Source: Clostridiales bacterium (lineage in GTDB: Bacteria; Bacillota; Clostridia; UBA1381). Taken from it: 64,000 nucleotides of DNA. Of the stretch, positions 9,725-19,206 are shown one piece after another. The position numbers and the translations under genes were made by a program. Location of the stretch: assembly GCA_029226975.1 (NCBI GenBank), contig JAQXZB010000032.1, positions 24,875 to 88,874 on the forward strand, written 5' to 3'. Below the pieces are notes generated by a model. That model was not told the DNA's origin, made no database searches, and worked only from the letters and a program-made list of their open reading frames with translations. Position 1 is the first letter of the stretch, and every line of letters starts with the position of its first letter.

Positions 9725-10303
9725 ATGAGAATAATATCCGGAGAACGCCGCGGACATAAGCTGCATGACTTTGACGGCAGCGATATACGTCCCACAACGG
9801 ACAGAGTTAAGGAGTCTATATTTAATCTGATTTCGGATTATGTGCCGGATGCACTGGTTTTGGATATGTTTTGCGGCAGCGGCGCGCTTTCGCTTGAGGC
9901 ATTGTCCAGAGGTGCGGCAGGGGCTGTGTGCATAGACCGCGATAAGAGAGCCGCCGGGCTGATACGAAAAAATGTCTGCGAGCTTGATTACGGCAACAAA
10001 TGCGAGATTTTGAATATGGACTGCATGGAATATGCAAAAAATTGCCGCAAGTGCTTTGACATTATATTTCTTGACCCGCCTTATAATAAGGGATTTATTG
10101 AGCCGGCACTGGATATGATCGTTAAAAACGGTATGTTATCCGAGGACGGCATAGCGGTTCTTGAAAGCGATGATACCGACTTTTGCGGGGATATTGACGG
10201 GCTTTCGGTAATTAAGCAAAGAAAATACGGCAGAACCTATATAACAATATATGCCTTGGGAGAGCGAACTAATGAGAATAGCAGTATATCCGGGAAGCTT
10301 TGA
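9725..10303 (+). CDS. rsmD: 16S rRNA (guanine966-N2)-methyltransferase RsmD
   Basis: [39 protein letters not shown] motif [19 protein letters not shown] and FLDPPY. The ATG at 9725 has SD GGGAG 7 nt upstream. The 3' end overlaps coaD by 32 nt. Confidence 0.85.
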   Translation: MRIISGERRGHKLHDFDGSDIRPTTDRVKESIFNLISDYVPDALVLDMFCGSGALSLEALSRGAAGAVCIDRDKRAAGLIRKNVCELDYGNKCEILNMDCMEYAKNCRKCFDIIFLDPPYNKGFIEPALDMIVKNGMLSEDGIAVLESDDTDFCGDIDGLSVIKQRKYGRTYITIYALGERTNENSSISGKL

Positions 10304-10748
10304 CCCGATTACAAACGGTCATCTTGATATAATACAAAGGGCAAGCAGGGTTTATGACAAAGTGGTTGTCGGAGTTCTTAACAATGCCGCAAAAAATCCG
10401 CTGTTTACTCCCGAAGAACGGGTGAGTATGATTCATCAGGTGACAAAAGAGCTTGATAATGTTGAGGTTGACAGCTTTACGGGACTGTTGGTTGATTTTG
10501 CAAAATCAAAGAATGCCACTGTTATTGTTAAGGGCTTAAGAACAGTTGCGGATTTTGAATATGAATTTCAAATGGCGCTTTTAAATAAGGCGCTGAACCC
10601 GGAATATGAAACGATGTTTATGATGACTGACTCGAAATATTCATATATAAGCTCCAGCATGGTTAAGGAGCTTGCCGGCTTTAAGGGTGATTTGACGGGG
10701 CTTGTCCCCTGTGAAATAATAAGTAAAATTAAACAAAAATACAAATAG
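10272..10748 (+). CDS. coaD: Phosphopantetheine adenylyltransferase
   Basis: [24 protein letters not shown] (T/HxGH nucleotidyltransferase motif) and ISSSMVKE. The start is moved to the internal ATG that matches the family N-terminus. Confidence 0.9.
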   Translation: MRIAVYPGSFDPITNGHLDIIQRASRVYDKVVVGVLNNAAKNPLFTPEERVSMIHQVTKELDNVEVDSFTGLLVDFAKSKNATVIVKGLRTVADFEYEFQMALLNKALNPEYETMFMMTDSKYSYISSSMVKELAGFKGDLTGLVPCEIISKIKQKYK

Positions 10749-10763
10749 ATACGAAAGGAATGA

Positions 10764-11225
10764 ATGACGATGGATATGGATATGGATATCATGGAAATTA
10801 TCGACATGATGGAGGAGGCTATTGAAAAGGCTTCGTCCGTACCTCTGACGGGTAAGATTATGCTTGACAAGGACGAGCTTCTGGATTACATTCAGGAAAT
10901 CCGTCTGGTATATCCTGAGGAAATGAAGGAAGCAAAGTGGGTAAAGGGCGAAAGACAAAGAATACTTTCAGAGGCTGAAAGCAGAGCCGAAACTATTCAG
11001 AAGAATGCTGAGGAAACTCAGATGCAGCTGATTGATGAGCATGAGATTACAAAATGTGCATATGATCAGGCAAACGAACTGGTAAACAATGCACAGCAGC
11101 AGGCTATGGAAATAAAGGCTGATACCGATCAGTATGTTGACGATATATTAAATGACGTTGAGCATCGCCTTGATCTTCTTTTAAGAAAGGTAAGAGAGGA
11201 CAGAGGATATTTCTCAAACAACTGA
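10764..11225 (+). CDS. Acidic coiled-coil protein of unknown function (possibly V-ATPase subunit-H-like or DivIVA-like; not recognised with confidence)
   Basis: 153 aa, heptad-rich (EEMKEAKWVKGERQRILSEAESRAETIQKNAEETQMQL), sitting in the coaD operon position. The N-terminus MTMDMDMD arises from an ATGGAT x3 microrepeat, so the exact start is uncertain. Confidence 0.45.
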   Translation: MTMDMDMDIMEIIDMMEEAIEKASSVPLTGKIMLDKDELLDYIQEIRLVYPEEMKEAKWVKGERQRILSEAESRAETIQKNAEETQMQLIDEHEITKCAYDQANELVNNAQQQAMEIKADTDQYVDDILNDVEHRLDLLLRKVREDRGYFSNN

Positions 11226-11362
11226 TGCTCTTTTGTCGAATTTAATTAAAGACTTTTCGTATCGGAAATTGTACCTTTTGTTTACGAATTCTGATATATA
11301 ATTAAGAGCTGGATGTATTCGTTCAGCTCTATTTAAGCTTAAAAATACGGAGGGGATATTGT

Positions 11363-13033
11363 ATGTTATCGGATATTGAAATTGCGCAGAGCGCCGAAAT
11401 GAAGCACATAAGGGATATTGCCGCATATGTGGGAATAGACGAGGAGGACTTGGAATATTACGGAAAATACAAGGCAAAGCTGGGCAGTGAGGTTTCGCGG
11501 AAGCTGTCGGATAAGCCGGACGGCAAGCTTGTTTTGGTTACGGCCATAAATCCTACCCCCGCAGGCGAGGGAAAGACCACCACAACCATAGGCTTGGGAG
11601 ATGCGCTTACCCGTATGGGTAAAAAATGCGTGCTTGCATTAAGAGAGCCCTCACTGGGCCCCGTAATGGGCGTAAAGGGCGGTGCCGCAGGCGGCGGCTA
11701 CAGTCAGGTTGTACCCATGGAGGATATAAATTTGCACTTTACGGGGGATATGCACGCCATTACAGCCGCAAACAATCTCCTTTCTGCAATGATTGACAAT
11801 CATATAAAGCAGGGCAATAAGCTTGGAATTGACGTGACCAATATAGTTTGGAAAAGAGTTATGGACACAAATGACAGAGCCTTAAGAGAAATTGTTGTAG
11901 GACTGGGCGGAAAAATAAACGGCACACCCAGACAGGACGGATTTATGATTACGGTTGCCTCTGAGGTGATGGCAATACTATGCCTTGCTGCGGATATGGA
12001 CGACCTTAAGGAACGTTTGGGCAATATTATAATCGGCTACAGCTATTTAGGAGAGCCGGTATATGCCCGTCAGCTTAACGCGCAGGGTGCAATGGCTGCA
12101 CTTCTTAAAGATGCAATAAAGCCCAATCTTGTTCAGACTCTTGAATATACTCCCTGCCTTATCCATGGCGGTCCTTTTGCAAACATCGCTCACGGCTGCA
12201 ACAGCATTCAGGCTACGCGCCTTGCCATGAAGCTTGGCGATTATGCCATAACCGAGGCGGGCTTCGGTGCGGATTTGGGCGCTGAAAAGTTTATGGACAT
12301 AAAATGCCGCTTTGCCGGTATTCATCCCGATGCGGTGGTTATTGTGGCAACCGTAAGAGCCTTAAAATACAACGGCGGTGTTGCAAAGGCTGATTTAAAG
12401 CAGGAGAACGTTGAGGCTCTTAAAAAGGGCATAGTAAATCTGCAAAAGCATATAGAGAACATGAAAGCCTTCGGTGCGCCGGTGGTTGTTGCATTAAACA
12501 GATTTGACACAGATACCGATGCAGAGCTTGATACGGTTATAGCGCTGTGCAAGGAATGGGGCGCGGAATGTGCTTTGAGCGAGGTGTTTGCCAAAGGCGG
12601 TGCCGGCGGTGAGGAGCTTGCCGAAAAAGTCCTATCTGCAATTGAGAATAATGAGGCTCACTATAATCCCACATATGATGTAAATGAGCCGATTAAGGAT
12701 AAAATAGCCGCAATCGTAACAAAGATTTACGGCGGCAGCGGTGTTGAATACAGCGCAAAGGCAAACAAGCAGATTAAACGCTTAGAGGAACTGGGTCTTG
12801 ATAAAAAGCCGGTATGTATCGCAAAAACTCAATATTCGCTTTCGGATAATCCGGCGCTTTTGGGCAGACCGGAGGGCTTTAAGGTTAATGTAAAAACCGT
12901 ACGCATATCAAACGGAGCGGGCTTTATAGTTGCGGAAACCGGCGATATTATGGTAATGCCCGGTCTGTCTAAGGTTCCCGCGGCCGAAAATATAGATGTA
13001 GACGGCAGCGGCGTAATTTCCGGACTGTTTTAG
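11363..13033 (+). CDS. fhs: Formate--tetrahydrofolate ligase
   Basis: [35 protein letters not shown] and [13 protein letters not shown], 556 aa. Confidence 0.95.
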   Translation: MLSDIEIAQSAEMKHIRDIAAYVGIDEEDLEYYGKYKAKLGSEVSRKLSDKPDGKLVLVTAINPTPAGEGKTTTTIGLGDALTRMGKKCVLALREPSLGPVMGVKGGAAGGGYSQVVPMEDINLHFTGDMHAITAANNLLSAMIDNHIKQGNKLGIDVTNIVWKRVMDTNDRALREIVVGLGGKINGTPRQDGFMITVASEVMAILCLAADMDDLKERLGNIIIGYSYLGEPVYARQLNAQGAMAALLKDAIKPNLVQTLEYTPCLIHGGPFANIAHGCNSIQATRLAMKLGDYAITEAGFGADLGAEKFMDIKCRFAGIHPDAVVIVATVRALKYNGGVAKADLKQENVEALKKGIVNLQKHIENMKAFGAPVVVALNRFDTDTDAELDTVIALCKEWGAECALSEVFAKGGAGGEELAEKVLSAIENNEAHYNPTYDVNEPIKDKIAAIVTKIYGGSGVEYSAKANKQIKRLEELGLDKKPVCIAKTQYSLSDNPALLGRPEGFKVNVKTVRISNGAGFIVAETGDIMVMPGLSKVPAAENIDVDGSGVISGLF

Positions 13034-13043
13034 GAGCTTGAAT

Positions 13044-13472
13044 ATGATATATGAATCATACGGCGAGGAGGAAACCGCAAATATCGCATATGAATTTGCG
13101 AAATCTCTTAAGCCCTCTGATGTAATTTGTATGTACGGTGACTTGGGTACGGGAAAGAGCGTATTTGTCAGAGGTATTGCAAGGTATCTCGGAATAACGG
13201 GGCCGGTAACAAGCCCCACGTTCACAATTGTAAACGAATATTACGGAAAAATGCCCCTGTATCATTTTGATGTTTACCGAATTGCCGACAGTGATGAAAT
13301 GTATGAGATAGGATATGAGGAATATATAAACGGCGACGGGATTTCGGTGATAGAATGGGCGCAGCTTATAGAGGATATTCTGCCCGAGGATATATACAGG
13401 GTTACAATAAGCAAGGACTACTCAAAGGGCGAGGAGTTTAGGAGAATAGAAATTGAAAGGACAGTCAAATGA
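13044..13472 (+). CDS. tsaE: tRNA t6A37 biosynthesis ATPase TsaE (YjeE)
   Basis: Walker A GDLGTGKSVFVRGIARYLGI and VTSPTFTIVNEY. ATG 13044 lies 7 nt after SD AGGAG. The track start 13038 is a TTG. Confidence 0.85.
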   Translation: MIYESYGEEETANIAYEFAKSLKPSDVICMYGDLGTGKSVFVRGIARYLGITGPVTSPTFTIVNEYYGKMPLYHFDVYRIADSDEMYEIGYEEYINGDGISVIEWAQLIEDILPEDIYRVTISKDYSKGEEFRRIEIERTVK

Positions 13473-14170
13473 AAGTTCTGGCAATAGATACCTCATCAAA
13501 TGTTGCTTCCGCGGCGGTAGTCGAGGACGGCAGACTTTTGGGGGAGTATATTTTAAATCATAAAAAAACACATTCGCAGAAGATTATGCCCATGATTGAC
13601 GCATTGCTTTGTGATTTGGAGCTTGACGTAAAAGATATTGATCTGTTCGCGGCGGCAAACGGTCCCGGCTCGTTTACGGGACTTCGGATAGGCGTTGCGG
13701 CAGTCAAGGGGCTTGCCCACGCTTTAAACAAGCCGGTTGTGGGCATAAGCACACTTGCGGGATTGGCGTATAATCTTCCTTATGCGGAGCATATAATTGT
13801 TCCGATTATGGACGCAAGGCGGAATAATGTCTATACCGCGTCATATATATGGGATGAGGGCTTCCGCGAGATTGGGGAGCCGGAGGCAATGAGCATTGAG
13901 GAATGTATAGATGCATGCTCGGATTTTCTGGACACCATATTTGTTGGCGACGGCGTAAGGGCTTACGGTGAATATATAACAAGCCGATTAGGCACTCATG
14001 CGCTTTTTGCACCGCCCTCGGCAATGGAGCAGAGAGCCTCGTCCATAGCGATGCTTGCGTTGGAAAAAGCAAAAAAAGGCGAAACGGAGGATTACAAGTC
14101 CCTGCGTCCCTTTTATTTAAGAAAATCTCAGGCTGAAAGAGAGCTTGAGGAAAAGGAGAAAAAGAAATGA
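13469..14170 (+). CDS. tsaB: tRNA t6A37 biosynthesis protein TsaB (YeaZ)
   Basis: MKVLAIDTSSNVASAAVVEDGRLLGE and GPGSFTGLRIGVAAVKGLA. It overlaps tsaE by 4 nt. Confidence 0.85.
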   Translation: MKVLAIDTSSNVASAAVVEDGRLLGEYILNHKKTHSQKIMPMIDALLCDLELDVKDIDLFAAANGPGSFTGLRIGVAAVKGLAHALNKPVVGISTLAGLAYNLPYAEHIIVPIMDARRNNVYTASYIWDEGFREIGEPEAMSIEECIDACSDFLDTIFVGDGVRAYGEYITSRLGTHALFAPPSAMEQRASSIAMLALEKAKKGETEDYKSLRPFYLRKSQAERELEEKEKKK

Positions 14171-14607
14171 TAGCTATAGGAAGCGACCACGGCGGTTTTG
14201 AACTGAAAAACCATGTAAAAAAATATTTAGAGGACAAGGGTATTGAGGTGCATGATTACGGTGTGTACAACGAGGACAGTGTTGACTACCCGGACTGTGC
14301 AGGACCCGTTTGCCGGGCAGTGCTAAATAAAGATGCTGAATGCGGAATACTGTTTTGCGGAACGGGAATAGGAATTTCAATTGCCGCAAATAAATACAAG
14401 GGGATAAGGGCTGCGCTCTGCTCCGATGTATACAGTGCAAAAATGGCAAAGGAACACAATGACGCGAATGTAATCTGCATGGGCGGACGTGTTATCGGCC
14501 GCGAGCTTGCGTTCATGATTGTTGACGAGTGGCTCGGAGCACAGCATCAGGGCGGCAGACATTCACAAAGAATTGCCAAAATACACGCGATAGAGGAAAA
14601 TCAATAA
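14167..14607 (+). CDS. rpiB: Ribose-5-phosphate isomerase B
   Basis: MIAIGSDHGGFELKNHVKKYLEDKGIEVHDYG, CGTGIGISIAANK and HNDANVICMGGRV. It overlaps tsaB by 4 nt. Confidence 0.9.
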   Translation: MIAIGSDHGGFELKNHVKKYLEDKGIEVHDYGVYNEDSVDYPDCAGPVCRAVLNKDAECGILFCGTGIGISIAANKYKGIRAALCSDVYSAKMAKEHNDANVICMGGRVIGRELAFMIVDEWLGAQHQGGRHSQRIAKIHAIEENQ

Positions 14608-14614
14608 ATTGATG

Positions 14615-14645
14615 TTAAGGACTGCACATATCAGTCCTTAATTTG
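14615..14645 (+). terminator. Rho-independent terminator after rpiB
   Basis: TTAAGGACTG-cacatat-CAGTCCTTAA followed by TTTG. Confidence 0.6.
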
Positions 14646-14662
14646 TATAAAGGGAGAATGTA

Positions 14663-16261
14663 ATGAAAAAGATTATTTCTGTATTGCTCTTGCTTTCTGT
14701 GATAATAACTCCGGCGTTTGCGTATGCAAAGGAGGATAAGCCCAAAATCGCATATATTCCTTTAGATGACAGACCCGGAAATCTTGAAAGAGTCAAGCTG
14801 GCGGCAGAGGCGGCAGATGTTGAGCTTCTGCTTCCGCCCGAGGATTATTTTCATACAAGCCTTGACGGTCAGCCCTTAAATTCCAACGGCAGACCCTACG
14901 GAAACACAGCCGCGCTGCTTGATTGGATAAAAGAAACCGATGCGGTTGCTGATAATTTCATAATATCCCTCGATCAGCTTCTTTCGGGCGGGCTTGTAAA
15001 CTCCAGAGTCGGCGGCGTTATAAGAAACGAGCGTGAGGTTATAGATAAAATAATCAGTCTGTCAAAGACCAACCGGGTATATGTGTTTGATACCGTTGTG
15101 CGGCTTGCGGCGTGTACGATAGGATACCGGGGCGGCTCGGTTAATCTGTATGAATACCTAAGGTCGTACTTTGACAGAAATCCTTCCGTCATCAATGCCG
15201 GCGGCATATCGGACTATGTGCAGGAGACCGTAACCGCAGAATATGCGCGCCAAAGAAAGCTTGAACTTATAAAATATATGCTTCGTGTTGATAATGTGGG
15301 CAGAATAAAATATTATATCGGCGTGGACGATTCAAGCAGCCGCGACAATATACAGCTTAATGAAATTTCTCGGATTGTCGACTGGCTCGGCGGCAGAGGA
15401 AGGGTGTATTCCGGCACGGATGAAATAGGAATAATGATGTTTGCCGATATGTGTACCAAGCTTTACAAAAGCGATATAAAGCTCTATGTTAAGTATTTTG
15501 GGGGAAACGAAAATTCCGGTACCGAATATGATTTTGATACGGTTGCCGAAAATGTCAGGTCGCACATTATAGGCTCGGGCGCAAAAGAGGTTTTTGATAT
15601 AAACGAAGCGGACGCGCTTGTGCTTGTAATGACAATGCATGACGAAAACGGAACTCAGGCAGAGTATTCAAAAGCTCTTATGGAGGAATACCAAAAAGCG
15701 AAGCTCCCGGTAATTATCATTGACTCGGCGGCGCTTATGTATGACAGCGAAGAGAAATGCTATCATAATGACCTGCCCAAAATGATTATGTATACGGACA
15801 CCTCAAAGCTGCTTGCTTTCTCATGCTGGAATACCGGCGGAAACGCGGTGGGCATGGCACTGGGCAACGGCATCTCGCGGCTTGCGTATTTAAACAAGGT
15901 TAAGCACTCCTCAAAGGAGGCACAGAAGGGCTATGAAAAGCAGCTTGTTTTCTCCTTTGCCAAAGACATAGGATATAAGCTGAAAAAAGACGGCGGCGAG
16001 GCAATTTTATCGAAATATATTTCAGACCACGGGTATGATTCCGGTAATTTCTATGAAGCCGGCGAATTTATAACCTGGGCAATGAATAACGGCGTTTTGG
16101 AAAACTGCATGAATCGCTCGGTTGAAAATCTAAGAAACTTCATAAACGGCATAGAGGACGGCAAAATATATACAGAGCAGGTAAATTCCATACGCCTTGT
16201 AAATTACCGCGCTCCATGGTACAGAACTTTTGAGATTTTATTTGATATTGAGGTGGATTAA
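14663..16261 (+). CDS. Secreted DUF4127-family protein (function unknown)
   Basis: Sec signal MKKIISVLLLLSVIITPAFA/YA, then KIAYIPLDDRPGNLERV, which matches my memory of the DUF4127 N-terminal signature (xIxYxPLDxRPxN). 532 aa. No search was run. Confidence 0.55.
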   Translation: MKKIISVLLLLSVIITPAFAYAKEDKPKIAYIPLDDRPGNLERVKLAAEAADVELLLPPEDYFHTSLDGQPLNSNGRPYGNTAALLDWIKETDAVADNFIISLDQLLSGGLVNSRVGGVIRNEREVIDKIISLSKTNRVYVFDTVVRLAACTIGYRGGSVNLYEYLRSYFDRNPSVINAGGISDYVQETVTAEYARQRKLELIKYMLRVDNVGRIKYYIGVDDSSSRDNIQLNEISRIVDWLGGRGRVYSGTDEIGIMMFADMCTKLYKSDIKLYVKYFGGNENSGTEYDFDTVAENVRSHIIGSGAKEVFDINEADALVLVMTMHDENGTQAEYSKALMEEYQKAKLPVIIIDSAALMYDSEEKCYHNDLPKMIMYTDTSKLLAFSCWNTGGNAVGMALGNGISRLAYLNKVKHSSKEAQKGYEKQLVFSFAKDIGYKLKKDGGEAILSKYISDHGYDSGNFYEAGEFITWAMNNGVLENCMNRSVENLRNFINGIEDGKIYTEQVNSIRLVNYRAPWYRTFEILFDIEVD

Positions 16262-16288
16262 GACAATTTTTAGATAAAGTGCCGATAA

Positions 16289-16321
16289 ATTGTGAGAAAA
16301 TTTTAACAAATTTCTCACAAT
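16289..16321 (+). terminator. Hairpin after the DUF4127 gene, a probable terminator
   Basis: ATTGTGAGAAA-11 nt-TTTCTCACAAT: a perfect 11-bp stem. The T-tract is weak (CTATT). Confidence 0.45.
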
Positions 16322-16337
16322 CTATTAAATACACCTA

Positions 16338-16366
16338 TTGACTTAATTTTCAGTTCGGTGTATAAT
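16338..16366 (+). promoter_or_regulatory. Sigma-A promoter of serC-serA
   Basis: TTGACT at 16338-16343, 17-nt spacer, TATAAT at 16361-16366. The leader to serC is about 105 nt. Confidence 0.55.
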
Positions 16367-16476
16367 GTATGTTAGTGTTGTATAAATAATTATGCAGCCT
16401 AATATACAAGATAAGGTGACCGCAGGGGACTTATATCCCGTATTATGTGGTTTATTGAATTGGAGGTTTAAGAAAA

Positions 16477-17556
16477 ATGGGCAGAGTATATAACTTTTCG
16501 GCAGGTCCGTCAATGCTTCCCGAGGAGGTATTGAAAAAAGCTGCAGAGGAAATGGTTGAGTATGGAACGGCAGGAATGTCGGTAATGGAGATGAGCCATC
16601 GTTCGGCGGATTTCCAGGCTATTATTGACGAGGCAGAAAGCCTTGTAAGAGAGCTTATGCACGTTCCCGATAATTACAAGGTGCTGTTTTTACAGGGCGG
16701 AGGCTCAACGCAGTTTGCCATGATCCCGATGAATTTGGGAACAAAGAACAAGAAGGCTGATTTTGTTATAACAGGTCAGTGGGCAAAGAAAGCGGCAGCG
16801 GAGGCTGAGCGTTTTATAGAGGTAAACAGAGTTGCTTCCTCGGCGGATAAGACATTTTCATACATTCCCAAGCTTGACAAGTCAGCATTTTCAAAGGATG
16901 CCGATTATTTCTATATCTGCTATAACAATACAATTTACGGAACGCGTTATACAGAGCTTCCTCAAACCGACGCGACTTTGGTAGCTGATATTTCTTCATG
17001 CGTTATGTCCGAGGAAATAGATGTATCAAAGTTCGGTCTGCTCTTTGCGGGTGCACAGAAAAACTTGGGTCCTGCGGGAGTTACGCTTGTAATCGTGCGC
17101 GAGGACTTAATCGGAGATGCTCTTGAGGGCACTCCGACAATGCTTCAGTATAAAACTCATGCAGATAACGGCTCGATGTATAACACTCCTCCCACATACG
17201 CTATATATATTCTGAAGCTTGTGCTTGAATGGGTTAAGGCACAAGGCGGAGTAAAGGCAGTGCAGGAGATTAACGAGAAGAAGGCAAAGATATTATATGA
17301 TTTCCTCGACTCCTCCGAGCTGTTTAAAGGTACTGTGGTAAAGGAAGACCGTTCACTTATGAATGTTCCGTTCGTTACGGGCAATGAAGAGCTTGACGCT
17401 AAGTTTGTAAAGGAAGCAAAGGCTGCGGGCTTTGTAAACCTTAAGGGACACAGAACCGTAGGCGGCATGAGAGCCAGCATTTACAATGCTATGCCGGTTG
17501 AGGGTGTAGAAAAGCTGGTTGCGTTTATGAAGAAGTTTGAGGCTGAAAATAAATAA
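16477..17556 (+). CDS. serC: Phosphoserine aminotransferase
   Basis: YNFSAGPSMLPEEVLKKAAEEM, FLQGGGSTQFAMIPMNL and GHRTVGGMRASIYNAMP. Confidence 0.92.
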   Translation: MGRVYNFSAGPSMLPEEVLKKAAEEMVEYGTAGMSVMEMSHRSADFQAIIDEAESLVRELMHVPDNYKVLFLQGGGSTQFAMIPMNLGTKNKKADFVITGQWAKKAAAEAERFIEVNRVASSADKTFSYIPKLDKSAFSKDADYFYICYNNTIYGTRYTELPQTDATLVADISSCVMSEEIDVSKFGLLFAGAQKNLGPAGVTLVIVREDLIGDALEGTPTMLQYKTHADNGSMYNTPPTYAIYILKLVLEWVKAQGGVKAVQEINEKKAKILYDFLDSSELFKGTVVKEDRSLMNVPFVTGNEELDAKFVKEAKAAGFVNLKGHRTVGGMRASIYNAMPVEGVEKLVAFMKKFEAENK

Positions 17557-17573
17557 TTAAGAGGTAAATAACT

Positions 17574-18728
17574 ATGTATGATATACTTACATTAAATAAA
17601 ATCGCCAAATGCGGTCTTGACCAGCTGGGCGAAAATTACACCGTTACGGACGATGCGTCTGCCGACGTTGACGGTATCATTTTAAGAAGCTTTAATATGC
17701 ATGACATGGAGCTTGGCAATAACCTTAAGGCTGTGGCAAGAGCCGGCGCGGGAGTAAATAATATCCCCATAGACAAATGCACCGAAAAGGGAATTGTAGT
17801 ATTCAACACTCCGGGTGCAAACGCAAACGCGGTTAAGGAAATGGTAATTGCGGGAATGCTGCTTGCCTCAAGAGATATAATAGGCGGAGTTGAGTGGGCA
17901 ACCACATTGACCGGTGACGATGTTGCAAAGCAGGTGGAAAAGGGCAAGTCCAACTTTGCCGGAAATGAGATTAAGGGCAAGACCTTAGGTGTTATCGGTC
18001 TTGGTGCCATAGGTATTTTGGTGGCAAACGCCGCATATTCTTTGGGAATGGATGTAATCGGCTATGACCCGTATCTTTCGGTTGATTCGGCTCTTAAGCT
18101 TTCAAGACATATACATAAGGCCAACAATGCCAAGGAAGTATATGAAAATGCTGATATTATCACTATTCATGTACCGCTGATGGATGCCACAAGAAACACA
18201 ATAGACGCCGAGGCTTTGGAGTCAATGAAGGACGGAGTTATTATCCTTAACTTTGCAAGAGGCGGTCTTGTGGACGATGACGCAATTAAGGCTGCAATTG
18301 CAAGCGGCAAGGTTAAAAAGTATGTTGTTGATTTCCCCGACCAAAACACAATCAATCAGGAGGGAATAATCGCAATTCCGCATTTAGGCGCGTCAACCGA
18401 GGAATCGGAGGACAACTGTGCGGTAATGGCGTCAAGACAGCTTGCCGACTACCTTGAAACCGGCGATATAGTTAATTCCGTAAATTTCCCCACCTGCACA
18501 CTTCCCGATGCGGGTGTAGGCAGAGTTGTAATACTGCACAAAAATGTCAAGAGTGTTATTTCAAAGTTTACAAATGCTCTTGAAGATGTAAATATCTGCG
18601 ATATGATCAACAAGTCCAAGGGCGATGTTGCGGTAACCATTATAAATACCGACCACGAGATTACCGATGAAATTATCGATAATCTGAAAAATAACGAGGC
18701 GGTAATTCTGGTAAGAAAAATAAGATAA
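17574..18728 (+). CDS. serA: D-3-phosphoglycerate dehydrogenase with a C-terminal ACT-like domain
   Basis: 2-hydroxyacid dehydrogenase NAD fold GKTLGVIGLGAIGILVA, NFARGGLVDDDA and HLGASTEE. It directly follows serC. Confidence 0.88.
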   Translation: MYDILTLNKIAKCGLDQLGENYTVTDDASADVDGIILRSFNMHDMELGNNLKAVARAGAGVNNIPIDKCTEKGIVVFNTPGANANAVKEMVIAGMLLASRDIIGGVEWATTLTGDDVAKQVEKGKSNFAGNEIKGKTLGVIGLGAIGILVANAAYSLGMDVIGYDPYLSVDSALKLSRHIHKANNAKEVYENADIITIHVPLMDATRNTIDAEALESMKDGVIILNFARGGLVDDDAIKAAIASGKVKKYVVDFPDQNTINQEGIIAIPHLGASTEESEDNCAVMASRQLADYLETGDIVNSVNFPTCTLPDAGVGRVVILHKNVKSVISKFTNALEDVNICDMINKSKGDVAVTIINTDHEITDEIIDNLKNNEAVILVRKIR

Positions 18729-18735
18729 ACAAAAA

Positions 18736-18770
18736 GCGGCATCGTTTTTGATACGGTGCCGTATTTTTTT
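18736..18770 (+). terminator. Rho-independent terminator after serA
   Basis: GCGGCATCG-tttttgata-CGGTGCCGT followed by ATTTTTTT. Confidence 0.65.
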
Positions 18771-18869
18771 AAATAAATATGTCTTTTGCACTTGAAAAAC
18801 GGTGCAAAATATGTTAATATTATAGGTAAGTATGCTGAAGACGAGGATTTATCCGAGTAATAAGATGCT

Positions 18870-19115
18870 TTATGCTTTTGTGTATACCACCTTGGCATTT
18901 ACGCCCCGAAGCTTTCCGATTTTTCCCGAAAGCGCACTTATAATGTCGTTGGGCGCATCGAGAACTACGCTTATGATTGAAATACTGCGGTTTCTGTAGG
19001 GAATACCCATGCGTCCCACGATGTATTGGGAATATTCATGCAGCAGATCGTTTAACGGCTCAACAGCGTCCACGTTCTCTACGATAATGCCGAGTAAAGC
19101 TATTCTTGTTTCCAT
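18870..19115 (-). CDS. TM1266-family (ACT-like) putative [FeFe]-hydrogenase system regulator
   Basis: METRIALLGIIVENVDAVEPLNDLLHEYSQYIVGRMGIPYRNRSISIISVVLDAPNDIISALSGKIGKLRGVNAKVV. It is divergent from hydG. The start is moved to ATG 19115, which has SD GAGGT. The track start 19190 adds 25 aa with no SD. Confidence 0.75.
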   Translation of the reverse strand: METRIALLGIIVENVDAVEPLNDLLHEYSQYIVGRMGIPYRNRSISIISVVLDAPNDIISALSGKIGKLRGVNAKVVYTKA

Positions 19116-19206
19116 TTGGTGATACCTCGCTTTCGATAATGCGTTTTTGACGTATGAGTATATTGTAATAAAAAAATACTGACTTGTCAAGTGGGAGGAT
19201 ATTAAA

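Noticed and set aside
10251-10303. 32-nt overlap between rsmD and coaD, considered as a possible frameshift or fusion
   Set aside because: Both proteins are full length relative to family expectations. The rsmD tail ([12 protein letters not shown]) is a short non-conserved extension, so no frameshift is needed.
10764-10800. ATGGAT x3 microrepeat encoding MDMDMD at the start of the coiled-coil ORF
   Set aside because: It is too short to be a functional repeat array. It only makes the start-codon choice ambiguous.
11226-11362. Searched for a ZTP (pfl) or THF riboswitch upstream of fhs
   Set aside because: The leader is only about 100 nt. It lacks the GGGTCGTGAC...CCGGGCGGA...CCGCCTGGGCA blocks of ZTP and any THF-like core. 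Only a simple GAGCTG/CAGCTC hairpin is present.
16289-16321. A hairpin whose arms (AATTGTGAG...CTCACAATC) superficially resemble a lac-operator or Rex-type TGTGA palindrome
   Set aside because: The 11-nt spacing between arms does not fit the Rex (TTGTGAA-N4-6-TTCACAA) or LacI-type geometry. Its position right after a stop codon is explained most simply by a terminator.
16367-16476. The 105-nt serC leader, examined for a T-box or riboswitch
   Set aside because: It is too short for a T-box and no conserved riboswitch core is recognisable. Only weak 4-5-bp pairings are present.
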